Positions 54,364 through 62,571 of a stretch of DNA of 64,000 nt are shown one piece after another. Location: positions 17,218-81,217 of the forward strand of contig JAPPHY010000011.1 in NCBI GenBank assembly GCA_028877205.1, written 5' to 3'. The position numbers were made by a program, and so were the translations under genes. The stretch's first letter is position 1. The number at the start of each line of letters is the position of its first letter. Below the pieces are notes generated by a model that saw only the letters and a list, made by a program, of their open reading frames with translations, did not search any database and was not told the origin of the DNA. Source of the DNA: Chloroflexota bacterium (GTDB lineage: Bacteria; Chloroflexota; Dehalococcoidia; Lucifugimonadales; UBA2985).

Positions 54364-55158
54364 ATGTCTCTTCGCACCTCCCTACGGGGCTTCCATGCCC
54401 TGCTCGCAGCAGCCTTCCTGACAACCATATTGGTCGTGGCGTGTTCGCCAGACCCCACGGCTACACCGGTTCCGACCGATACGCCCGTGCCCACGGCAAC
54501 CCCTACGCCTACGCCAACTCCCGCGCCCACGCCCACTCCGACACCAGAGCCGACTCCCACGCCGGAGCCCGCGGGGGACATGATGTCCGGGATGATGATG
54601 GACGAGAACATGACCGGCGGCGACGTTATGGCCATGATGAGTGAAGAAGAGGTCGAGTGCGTGCAGGAAGCGGTCGGCGATGAGGGCCTCACAGCGATGG
54701 AGGCGATGCCCATATTCTTGCTCTCAGACTCAATGGCCATGGTCGCGGACTGCTTCTCAACAGAGCTTGCAACCAGCCTGGCCGTCGCCTTCACGTCCGC
54801 CGCGGCGGGCGGGCTGAGCGCCGAGAGCAGCGCTTGTTTGATGAACTTCTACACCGAGTCCGGTGCGACTCCTCCCGACGAATCCGACCCGGCAGCATCC
54901 ATAGCCTACCTGTTCGGCTTCCAATTGTGCCTGACCGACGAGGAGGCGATCGCGCTCGCAGGAGGAGACGAAAGCATACCTCTCCCATCGCAGCTGAAGT
55001 GCCTGACCGCCCAGGTGGACCAAGAGGCCCTTACCCTGCTGCTGACCAGCTTCCCAGAGCTGTTGTCGGGCAGCGCGTCGCCGGAGCTGCTGCAGGCGAT
55101 GCAGCAAGTGCAGGTCGCATCGGAGGCCTGCGGCGTAGACCTACTGACGTTAGGTTGA
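54364..55158 (+). CDS. Hypothetical lipoprotein with a Pro/Thr linker and a Met-rich segment
   Basis: ATG at 54364. LAAAFLTTILVVAC-SPDPTATPVPTDTPVPTATPTPTPTPAPTPTPTPEPTPTPEP, then GDMMSGMMMDENMTGGDVMAMM. Confidence 0.65.
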   Translation: MSLRTSLRGFHALLAAAFLTTILVVACSPDPTATPVPTDTPVPTATPTPTPTPAPTPTPTPEPTPTPEPAGDMMSGMMMDENMTGGDVMAMMSEEEVECVQEAVGDEGLTAMEAMPIFLLSDSMAMVADCFSTELATSLAVAFTSAAAGGLSAESSACLMNFYTESGATPPDESDPAASIAYLFGFQLCLTDEEAIALAGGDESIPLPSQLKCLTAQVDQEALTLLLTSFPELLSGSASPELLQAMQQVQVASEACGVDLLTLG

Positions 55159-55253
55159 GGCGCGCGGCGTCCCCTGGTTGACACCTCCTCAACTGCCCCA
55201 ATATAGTTCGCCTGTGCCCGCAGTTTATCTCAGTCCAAGCATGGAGGCGCGTC

Positions 55254-56195
55254 ATGGCTCAGGAGTTCGGACAGGGCGAGTTTCGTTACACCTACGCTGA
55301 GGACTGGGCCAAGCTGCCCGAGGGCATGACCTTCGTGGAGTGTCCGGGAGTGGCCGTGGACTCACAGGACCGGGTATTCGTGCTTACCCGCGGGGAGCAC
55401 CCGATCATCGTCTTCGACAGCGACGGGGCCTTCCAGCGCACGTTCGGCGAGGGCTTTTTTAGCAACCGCACCCACGGCCTCTACATCGCGCACGACGACT
55501 CGCTGCTTGTGGCCGACGACGGCCTTCACACCATACAGAAGTTCAGCCCGGACGGCCAGAAGCTCATGGAGATCGGCGAGAGGAATCACCCGGCGCCCAG
55601 GTGGAGCGGCCAGCCGTTCAACCGGCCAACCTCCGCCGCAATCATGCCCAGCAACGGCGACGTCTACATCTCCGACGGCTACGGCAACTCCCGCATACAC
55701 GCCTATACCGCCGCCGGCGAGTACAAGTTCTCATGGGGCGAGCCCGGCATCGATGCCGGCCAGTTCATCCGCCCCCACAACATCGCCATCGACGCCGACG
55801 ACCGCGTGTACGTAGTGGATCGCGAGGCGCACCGCATCCAGATCTTCTCCCCGACCGGCGAGTTCATCACGATGTGGAACAACATCCACCGCCCCGACTC
55901 GATGGTGCTGTGGCAGGACCACATTTACATTGGAGAGCTCAACGGCATGGGCGGCGTGGACGATGCACCCGGCCTGGGCCATCGCGTGGGAGTTTACACG
56001 CTTGACGGCGAGCTGGTGTGCCGGTTCGGCGACAAGGAGGAGGGCGAGGGAGCGGGCCAGTTCATCGCGCCCCACGGCATCGCAGTCGACTCACGGGGAG
56101 ACATATACGTCTCTGAGGTCTCGTACACCATCCGCGGCTCGCACATGGACCCGCCGAGAGAGCTCCGTAGCCTCTCCAAGTACAGCCGCGTGTGA
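55254..56195 (+). CDS. NHL-repeat beta-propeller protein (peptidyl-alpha-hydroxyglycine lyase-like)
   Basis: Repeated GQFxxPHGIAxDxxxxxYVxD units, e.g. GQFIRPHNIAIDADDRVYVVDREAHRIQIF and GQFIAPHGIAVDSRGDIYVSE. Confidence 0.8.
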   Translation: MAQEFGQGEFRYTYAEDWAKLPEGMTFVECPGVAVDSQDRVFVLTRGEHPIIVFDSDGAFQRTFGEGFFSNRTHGLYIAHDDSLLVADDGLHTIQKFSPDGQKLMEIGERNHPAPRWSGQPFNRPTSAAIMPSNGDVYISDGYGNSRIHAYTAAGEYKFSWGEPGIDAGQFIRPHNIAIDADDRVYVVDREAHRIQIFSPTGEFITMWNNIHRPDSMVLWQDHIYIGELNGMGGVDDAPGLGHRVGVYTLDGELVCRFGDKEEGEGAGQFIAPHGIAVDSRGDIYVSEVSYTIRGSHMDPPRELRSLSKYSRV

Positions 56196-56217
56196 TGGAC
56201 CGCAGACCCCAGTCGTC

Positions 56218-56715
56218 ATTCCTGCGGAAGCAGGAATCCATCACCCTCTTCCTCACCGGGGTGCTAGACCCCCGCTTCCGCATCAAGTGCGGGACAAGCT
56301 TCGCGAGGGTGACGGGGAGGAAGTCCAGACCCGCTCAATTGGTTCGACTAGCTCACCATGAGCGGGTCGTAGACTGAGGGGCGCCTCCAAATCCGCTCAT
56401 CCTGAGCCTGTCGAAGGACATGAGCGGGCAAGCTCCATCCTTCATTCCCGCGGAAAGCGGGAATCCATCCCCGATCGTTGCGCATGTAGTAGACTCCTGC
56501 CCGTATCGGGGTATGGGCCAAGGCTTGCGCAGGAGTGGCTACGAGGGGTTGGTATTCCCATTCCTGTCATTTCGACCGCGGCGGAGAAATCCAGGGCGGC
56601 GGTACACCGAGCGACCCCCGGCACATAAAGTAACCCTGCCAATAGAGGCGGGAGGGAGCACTACAGCGACACGTCCTAGATTTCTCGACTTCGCTGCGCT
56701 GCGCTCGAAATGACA
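56218..56715. repeat. Cluster of GC-rich palindromic (REP/MITE-like) elements filling a ~575-bp intergenic region
   Basis: ATTCCTGC-GGAA-GCAGGAAT (56218-56237). GACCCGCTCA/TGAGCGGGTC (56328-56368). CCGCTCAT/ATGAGCGG (56393-56427). ATTCCCGC-GGAAA-GCGGGAAT (56444-56464). TGTCATTTCGA (56565-56575)/TCGAAATGACA (56705-56715) with inner AGAAAT/ATTTCT. Confidence 0.8.
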
Positions 56716-56770
56716 GCGAGGGCAGGCCGAGATCGCGAAGGGCAGTCGAGGCGCGGAGGACGCTTCTCGG

Positions 56771-57529
56771 CTACCCCCGTCCTATGTAGGGCATCTTGGT
56801 GGCCATGATGGTCATGAACTGCACGTTGGCGTCCAGCGGCAGGTTGGCCATGAACAGGATCGACTCCGCCACGTGCTCCACGTCGAACGTGGGCTCGACC
56901 GCCACAGCGCCGTGAGCCTGCGGCACTCCGCTCTCCATCCTCTGTGTCAGGGCCGTCAGCGCGTTGCCTATGTCTATCTGGCTACAGGCGATGTTGTACT
57001 TGCGACCGTCCAGTGAAATGGACCTCGTCAGACCGGTCACGCCGTGCTTTGTTGCCGTGTAGGGAGCGGAGTTGGGCCTTGGAACGTGCGCGGAGATTGA
57101 GCCGTTGTTGATTATCCGCCCGCCCATCGGGTCCTGGACCTTCATGATCTTGAAGGCCTCCTGCGCGCAGAGGAAGGGGCCTGTGAGATTGGTTTCCACG
57201 GCAGCCCTCCACTGGTCATAGGTCAGGTCCTCGAACAGGACCGGGGGAGCGCCCGTGCCGGCGTTGTTGAACAGCACGTCCAGCCGCCCGAAGTTCTCGT
57301 GTGTCCTGGCGAATAGGGCCAGGATCGCCTCTGGATCCCTCACGTCCGTGGGTACAGCCAGCGCACGAGACGCATGCTCACCGGCCTCCTCGACAGTCTC
57401 CTGAAGTGTTTCGGCGCGGCGGCCTGCCAGGACCACCGAGTACCCGTCACGTAGCAGGGCCAATGCAGAGCTCCGCCCGATGCCGGACCCTGCGCCTGTA
57501 ACGACAGCTATCCTTTCCTCGGAGTTCAT
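56771..57529 (-). CDS. Short-chain dehydrogenase/reductase (SDR)
   Basis: [23 protein letters not shown] (YxxxK). Confidence 0.88.
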   Translation of the reverse strand: MNSEERIAVVTGAGSGIGRSSALALLRDGYSVVLAGRRAETLQETVEEAGEHASRALAVPTDVRDPEAILALFARTHENFGRLDVLFNNAGTGAPPVLFEDLTYDQWRAAVETNLTGPFLCAQEAFKIMKVQDPMGGRIINNGSISAHVPRPNSAPYTATKHGVTGLTRSISLDGRKYNIACSQIDIGNALTALTQRMESGVPQAHGAVAVEPTFDVEHVAESILFMANLPLDANVQFMTIMATKMPYIGRG

Positions 57530-57676
57530 GTCCGGGACCTCCCTTTTTCTGTCCGCTTACCGGTTGTTACGCATCCCCTGGACTCCCGCGGCGTTGCCAA
57601 GTGCCCGCTCGCCCTTCGACATGCTCAGAGCCTGCCCCGTACCTGATACGGGGGTGAGCGTACTAGATTGCCCGCA

Positions 57677-58537
57677 CTACACGCGCAAGTCCCTGCGCTG
57701 AAAGCCCACGTGCGCTACGCCCAGGCAGACTAGCACCACGACCAGCATCACGCCTGCGTGCGCCGGGTTCAGGCCGTTCACCAGCGGCGTATCACCGTTG
57801 TAGTAGTGCATCAGCGATAGCCACTTGGCCGGCTCCATGACCTGCGACAGCAGGCTCAGCGTATTGAGCACCCATCCGCCTGCCACAACGGAGGCGCCGA
57901 CAGCCACGCTGAGGCCATGCCGGCCCGTCACGGCGCCGACTGCGAAGGCCACGCCGCCAAATGCCAGCCCCAGCAGCGCCAGGCTGAGGCACATCTCCGC
58001 GAGCCGCACTGCACCAATATCCATGCCCACGACTCGCGCGCCAACCACCAGAACAATCCAGATGAAAGTCGACAGTTCGAGAATGGAAACCGTCATGGCG
58101 GCGTACTTCTCCAGCACCAGCCTGTTACGGGAGACCGGCTGCGATAGGAGCAACTCCATCGTCCCGGCGCGCTCTTCGCCCGCAACCGCGCCGCTGCCCC
58201 GGCCGACCGCGAACACCGCCATTAGCATCGGCACCATGAATCCGAACAGCTCGGCGTTCAGGTAGCCCGCCGGAGTCGCGATATTCGCCAGGTCCGAGGC
58301 GCCGAACATGGCCATCAGGCTGTCGGGGTACTGGTCGACCAACTCCTGGAACCCTTCTATCCCCTCTATCGTGGGGTAGAAGCCGACCATCACGCCGACC
58401 AGGATACCGGCTCCCAGGCTCCACCACACCATCGACCTGCGCTGGTCTCTGAGCGTCTTCAAGAATATGCTGCTCAGCATGCCGCTTCTAACCGATGCCG
58501 TAGCGGGCCGACCTTGCAATACCTGTTGGTGGCTCAT
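57677..58537 (-). CDS. ABC-2 type transporter permease
   Basis: Six TM segments. The ATG overlaps the stop of the upstream ATPase gene (ATGA). Confidence 0.7.
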   Translation of the reverse strand: MSHQQVLQGRPATASVRSGMLSSIFLKTLRDQRRSMVWWSLGAGILVGVMVGFYPTIEGIEGFQELVDQYPDSLMAMFGASDLANIATPAGYLNAELFGFMVPMLMAVFAVGRGSGAVAGEERAGTMELLLSQPVSRNRLVLEKYAAMTVSILELSTFIWIVLVVGARVVGMDIGAVRLAEMCLSLALLGLAFGGVAFAVGAVTGRHGLSVAVGASVVAGGWVLNTLSLLSQVMEPAKWLSLMHYYNGDTPLVNGLNPAHAGVMLVVVLVCLGVAHVGFQRRDLRV

Positions 58538-59442
58538 CGATCACCATCCTCTCCCACGCCGTAGTAGGCCAGGAACGCCTCCTCCAGGCTCGGCTCGCGG
58601 GTGGTCACGTTGACGATCTCGTAGCGGCCCGCCGCCTTGAACAGCTGCGCCAGAGACCCTTCGATGTCGCAGCGCAGGAAGCTGTCCGATACGCTCATGT
58701 TGCGCACGCCGGCAATGTCCCGGAAGTCGCCCGGAGCTATCTGCCCGCCAAACTCGATCTCGATACTGCGCACGCGCCTGCCCCGGAGAGTCGCCACGTC
58801 CTCAACCGCAACGATCCGTCCCTCACGTATGATGCCCACGCGGTTGCAGATCTCCTCAACCTCCGGCAGCACGTGGGACGATAGGAACACCGTCCGACCC
58901 TCCTCCCGGGCCTCCAGCAGAAGGCCTTTGAACTCCTCCTGCATCAGAGGATCCAGGCCTTGGGTCGGCTCGTCCAGCACCAGCACCTCGGGCTTGTGCA
59001 TGAACGCCTGGATCACCACCACCTTCTGGCGATTCCCGTGGGACAGCGTGTCGATTCGGCGTGTGAGGTCACAGGAAAGGCGCTCGGCGAGCTGCTCGAC
59101 CTCACGCCAGTCCACGCCCCCGCGCAGGCCGGCCGTGTGCGTCAGGTACTCGCGCCCCGTAAGGCTGCCGTACAGCCCCGGATCGCTGGGCATGTAGCCA
59201 ACGCGCCGGCGCACCTCGATCGCATCCGCCTGCGCGTCGAGCCCCAGCACCTTCAGCGAGCCGCTGGTCGGCCTGATAAGGTCGAGCAGGATACGGATGG
59301 TGGTGCTCTTGCCGGCCCCGTTCGGGCCGAGGTAGCCGAATATCTCGCCCGGCATCACCTCCAGGTCCACGTCGATCACGCCGCGCTGCGCGCCGTAGAA
59401 CTTGGTGAGCTTCTCGAGTTTGATGGCCGGCTCAGTCACCAT
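58534..59442 (-). CDS. ABC transporter ATP-binding protein
   Basis: Walker A GPNGAGKST, signature LSHGNRQK, Walker B VLVLDEP. Confidence 0.9.
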   Translation of the reverse strand: MVTEPAIKLEKLTKFYGAQRGVIDVDLEVMPGEIFGYLGPNGAGKSTTIRILLDLIRPTSGSLKVLGLDAQADAIEVRRRVGYMPSDPGLYGSLTGREYLTHTAGLRGGVDWREVEQLAERLSCDLTRRIDTLSHGNRQKVVVIQAFMHKPEVLVLDEPTQGLDPLMQEEFKGLLLEAREEGRTVFLSSHVLPEVEEICNRVGIIREGRIVAVEDVATLRGRRVRSIEIEFGGQIAPGDFRDIAGVRNMSVSDSFLRCDIEGSLAQLFKAAGRYEIVNVTTREPSLEEAFLAYYGVGEDGDR

Positions 59443-59448
59443 TCCACC

Positions 59449-59814
59449 CTACGCCCGCCCTGGCCTGAACCGCATTGCAGACCACACGTCGTCCAGCGAC
59501 ACCTGCCGCACGCCGCGCAGCCCCTCGCGCCTCAGCATGTCCCACAGAATGTCGCGGTTGAGGTCGGTGCCCAGCTTCCCGGCCTTGGGATATGCGATGT
59601 ATGCGATGGCGTCGCGCCGGGCCGCCTCCACGAAGGGCGCAGAGTTAGGCTCGACCTCCGATGAGTCCCGCACGAACACCAGCACCACGTCGGCCTGCTC
59701 GCCGGCTTCGGCCTCGTGCGCCGACTCCGGCAACTCGAGTGCGAATCCCTCCGGCGCGTTGCCCACCAGCACCGATGCTCCCGGCTTTATCTGCAGCTTT
59801 CCAACAAGGTTCAT
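59449..59814 (-). CDS. DUF3052-like hypothetical protein
   Basis: KLQIKPGASVLVGNAP...ADVVLVFVRD...AIAYIAYPK. Lies 6 nt upstream of the ABC ATPase gene. Confidence 0.45.
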   Translation of the reverse strand: MNLVGKLQIKPGASVLVGNAPEGFALELPESAHEAEAGEQADVVLVFVRDSSEVEPNSAPFVEAARRDAIAYIAYPKAGKLGTDLNRDILWDMLRREGLRGVRQVSLDDVWSAMRFRPGRA

Positions 59815-59966
59815 AACGCCTTACCAGCAACTACCTATTATACAGCATAGGATGACGCGCAAACGACGACGCGTCGTGATATAATGGCGCCCATCTAAGG
59901 GCCGCCGTGCGTATGGACTCGTAGTCCGCACACGGCCGCCCAAATCGGCGGAGCAAGGAGGAAGCG

Positions 59967-62393
59967 ATGGCAGAGGTTTTCGAAGGACTCAAGGTCGTTG
60001 ACTTCACCGAAGGGATGCTGGGAGCGGTTACCACCATGGTGCTCTCGGACTTCGGGGCCGACGTGGTCAAGGTGGAGCCTCCCGGCGGACACCGGTCCAG
60101 GAGCATTCCCGCGGCCCAGCAGTGGAACCGCGGCAAGAGAAGCGTGGTACTGGACCTGGAGAACGCGGAGGACCAGGAGAAGGCGCGACGATTGTCGCTT
60201 CAGTCGGACGTGGTCATCGAGAGCTTCACGCCCGGCGCCACCAATCGCATGGGCATCGACTACGAGACTCTCAGGGCCCAGCGTCCCGACCTGGTCTACG
60301 TGTCGCTGACCGGCTGGGGGCAGAAGGGCCCCTACGCGCACTACAAGCCCTACGAGGGCGCGGTGGCAGCCAAGATCGGCAGGATGATGGTCTTCTCCGG
60401 GCAGGCCAACCGGCCCGGGCCACACTACGCGGCGGTGCAGACCGCACACCACGCCGCCAACATGGGTGCCGTGCGCGGCATCATCGCCGCGCTCCACGTG
60501 CGAGACAAGACGGGCCAGGGCCAGAAGGTGGAGACCAGCCTCATGCAGGCCATGAACCTCTACGAGTTCATCGACCTGGTCTTCTGGCAGATGATGGTAC
60601 GCTTCCCTGACGTGTTCACGGAGCACCCCTGGCTGCGCGGCTACCCCACGCTCGCTTACATCCCGGTGCGCACCAAGGACGGCGAATGGATACAGATGGC
60701 GAACACCGTTCAGCGCCTCTTCGTGGCCATGATCCACGACATCGGCCTGGGCCACATCTTCGAAGACCCCCGCTTCGAAAAGGCGCCCGTGCTCCTGCCC
60801 GATGACCGCGAGGAGCTGCGCATGATCATGCTGTCCCGCTTCCAGGAGCAGACTCTGGAGGAGTGGATGGACCTGTTCGTCAACAAGACCAGGGACGTCG
60901 CCGCAGAGCCATACCGCACCTCCGAGCAGGGCATGACCCATCCCCAGATGATCCACAACGGCCACGTGCGGGACGTGGAAGACCCGGTGGTGGGCATGAT
61001 GAAGCAGCTCGGCCCCATTTCGCTCATGTCGGACACGCCCGGCCGGATTCAGGGGCCTTCGCCGCTGCCCGGCCAGCACACCGAGGAGGTGCTGGCGTCG
61101 CTGAACGGCTCCAACGGCCACCACGCCAACGGCTACGGCTCCGAGCCTCTGCCCACGCACCCGTTGGAGGACGTAACAGTGCTGGACCTGGCCACGGTCA
61201 TCGCCGGGCCGCTCGGCTGTGCCCTGCTGGGCGAGATGGGAGCAAGGGTGATCCGCATCGAGCCGCCCGGAGGCGATCTGCTGCGAGGCATGTCGCTGGG
61301 CGTAACCGCCAACAAGACGATGGCCGGCTCAGAGGACATCTGCCTGGACCTCAGCACGGAGGAGGGCCAGAAGATTGTGCACCAGCTGGTGGCCAAGGCA
61401 GACATCCTGGTACACAACATGCGCCCCGGCGCGCCTGAGCGTGTGGGCATAGGCTTCGACCAGCTCATGGAGATCAACCCGCAGTTGGTGTACGTCTACG
61501 CCGGAGGCTACGGCCCCACCGGTCCGCACTCGCACCGACCGTCCATGCACCCCATACCCGGCGCCGTCTGCGGCGGCGTGGTCACACAGATGGGCAAGGG
61601 CGCCATACCGCCTGCCGACCAGGAAATGACCCTGGAGGAGATCAAGGAGACCTCGCGCCGGTTCGGCCGCGCCAACGAGGGCAACCCCGATCCCAACTCG
61701 TCGATGGCCGTCTCAGTGGCGGCCCTGCTGGGCTTCCACGCCCGAAAGCGCACGGGCAAGGGCCAGTACATCACCTCGGCAATGATCCAGGCCAACGCAT
61801 ACGCCAATGCCGATGACTTCTTCTGGTACGAGGGCAAGCCCCCTCGGCAGATGCCCGACGCCGACGGCTACGGCCTCCACGCCCTCTACCGCCTCTATGA
61901 GGTCGAGAAGGGCTGGGTCTTCCTGGCCGCGCCGTGGGAGGAGGAGTGGCAGGCACTGTGCGAGACGATCGGCCGGGCGGACCTGCTGACCGACCCGCGG
62001 TTCGCTACCCCTGAGGCCCGCCGCGAGAACGACGATGCGCTGGTCGAGGAGCTTGGCAGCGTGCTCGCCACCCGCGAGCCCTCGGAGTGGGAGAAGCTGC
62101 TCATCGACGCGGGCGTGACGTGCGTCCGGGCGGAGGACTCCGGGCCGTACCAGTTCCACATGGAAGACCCGCACGTCCGGGAGAACGGCTACCTCACGGA
62201 GGTGGAGTCGGTGAGGTTCGGCAAGTTCTGGCGCTACAGCCCCATAGTGCGGTTCTCGCAGACCTCCCCCAAGGCGGGTGCAGGCCCACTGCGTGGCCAG
62301 CACAACGACTCCGTGCTCGAGGAGCTTGGATACAGCGCAGAGCAGATCGGCGACCTGGAGCAGCGGAAGGTAATCGCCAGGGAGGCTGTATAG
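59967..62393 (+). CDS. Tandem-duplicated family III (CaiB/BaiF) CoA-transferase, two complete domains in one 808-aa chain
   Basis: Domain 1: FEGLKVVDFTEGMLGAVTTMVLSDFGADVVKVEPPGG. Domain 2: LEDVTVLDLATVIAGPLGCALLGEMGARVIRIEPPGGD. Confidence 0.85.
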   Translation: MAEVFEGLKVVDFTEGMLGAVTTMVLSDFGADVVKVEPPGGHRSRSIPAAQQWNRGKRSVVLDLENAEDQEKARRLSLQSDVVIESFTPGATNRMGIDYETLRAQRPDLVYVSLTGWGQKGPYAHYKPYEGAVAAKIGRMMVFSGQANRPGPHYAAVQTAHHAANMGAVRGIIAALHVRDKTGQGQKVETSLMQAMNLYEFIDLVFWQMMVRFPDVFTEHPWLRGYPTLAYIPVRTKDGEWIQMANTVQRLFVAMIHDIGLGHIFEDPRFEKAPVLLPDDREELRMIMLSRFQEQTLEEWMDLFVNKTRDVAAEPYRTSEQGMTHPQMIHNGHVRDVEDPVVGMMKQLGPISLMSDTPGRIQGPSPLPGQHTEEVLASLNGSNGHHANGYGSEPLPTHPLEDVTVLDLATVIAGPLGCALLGEMGARVIRIEPPGGDLLRGMSLGVTANKTMAGSEDICLDLSTEEGQKIVHQLVAKADILVHNMRPGAPERVGIGFDQLMEINPQLVYVYAGGYGPTGPHSHRPSMHPIPGAVCGGVVTQMGKGAIPPADQEMTLEEIKETSRRFGRANEGNPDPNSSMAVSVAALLGFHARKRTGKGQYITSAMIQANAYANADDFFWYEGKPPRQMPDADGYGLHALYRLYEVEKGWVFLAAPWEEEWQALCETIGRADLLTDPRFATPEARRENDDALVEELGSVLATREPSEWEKLLIDAGVTCVRAEDSGPYQFHMEDPHVRENGYLTEVESVRFGKFWRYSPIVRFSQTSPKAGAGPLRGQHNDSVLEELGYSAEQIGDLEQRKVIAREAV

Positions 62394-62571
62394 AGCCAGG
62401 CTAAAGTGGGCGGGCGCAGGCGAAATTATTACAATTTTCCGCCGTTTCTGCCCACGGTCCGGTTACGCGGGAGCTTGCCGCCACTTGACACTAGGAATGC
62501 GTCTGTGGTAGACTCCCGCAATCGGTAGCAAACCCGACCACATCGCGGTTAATCGCTACAATGGAGGGGAG

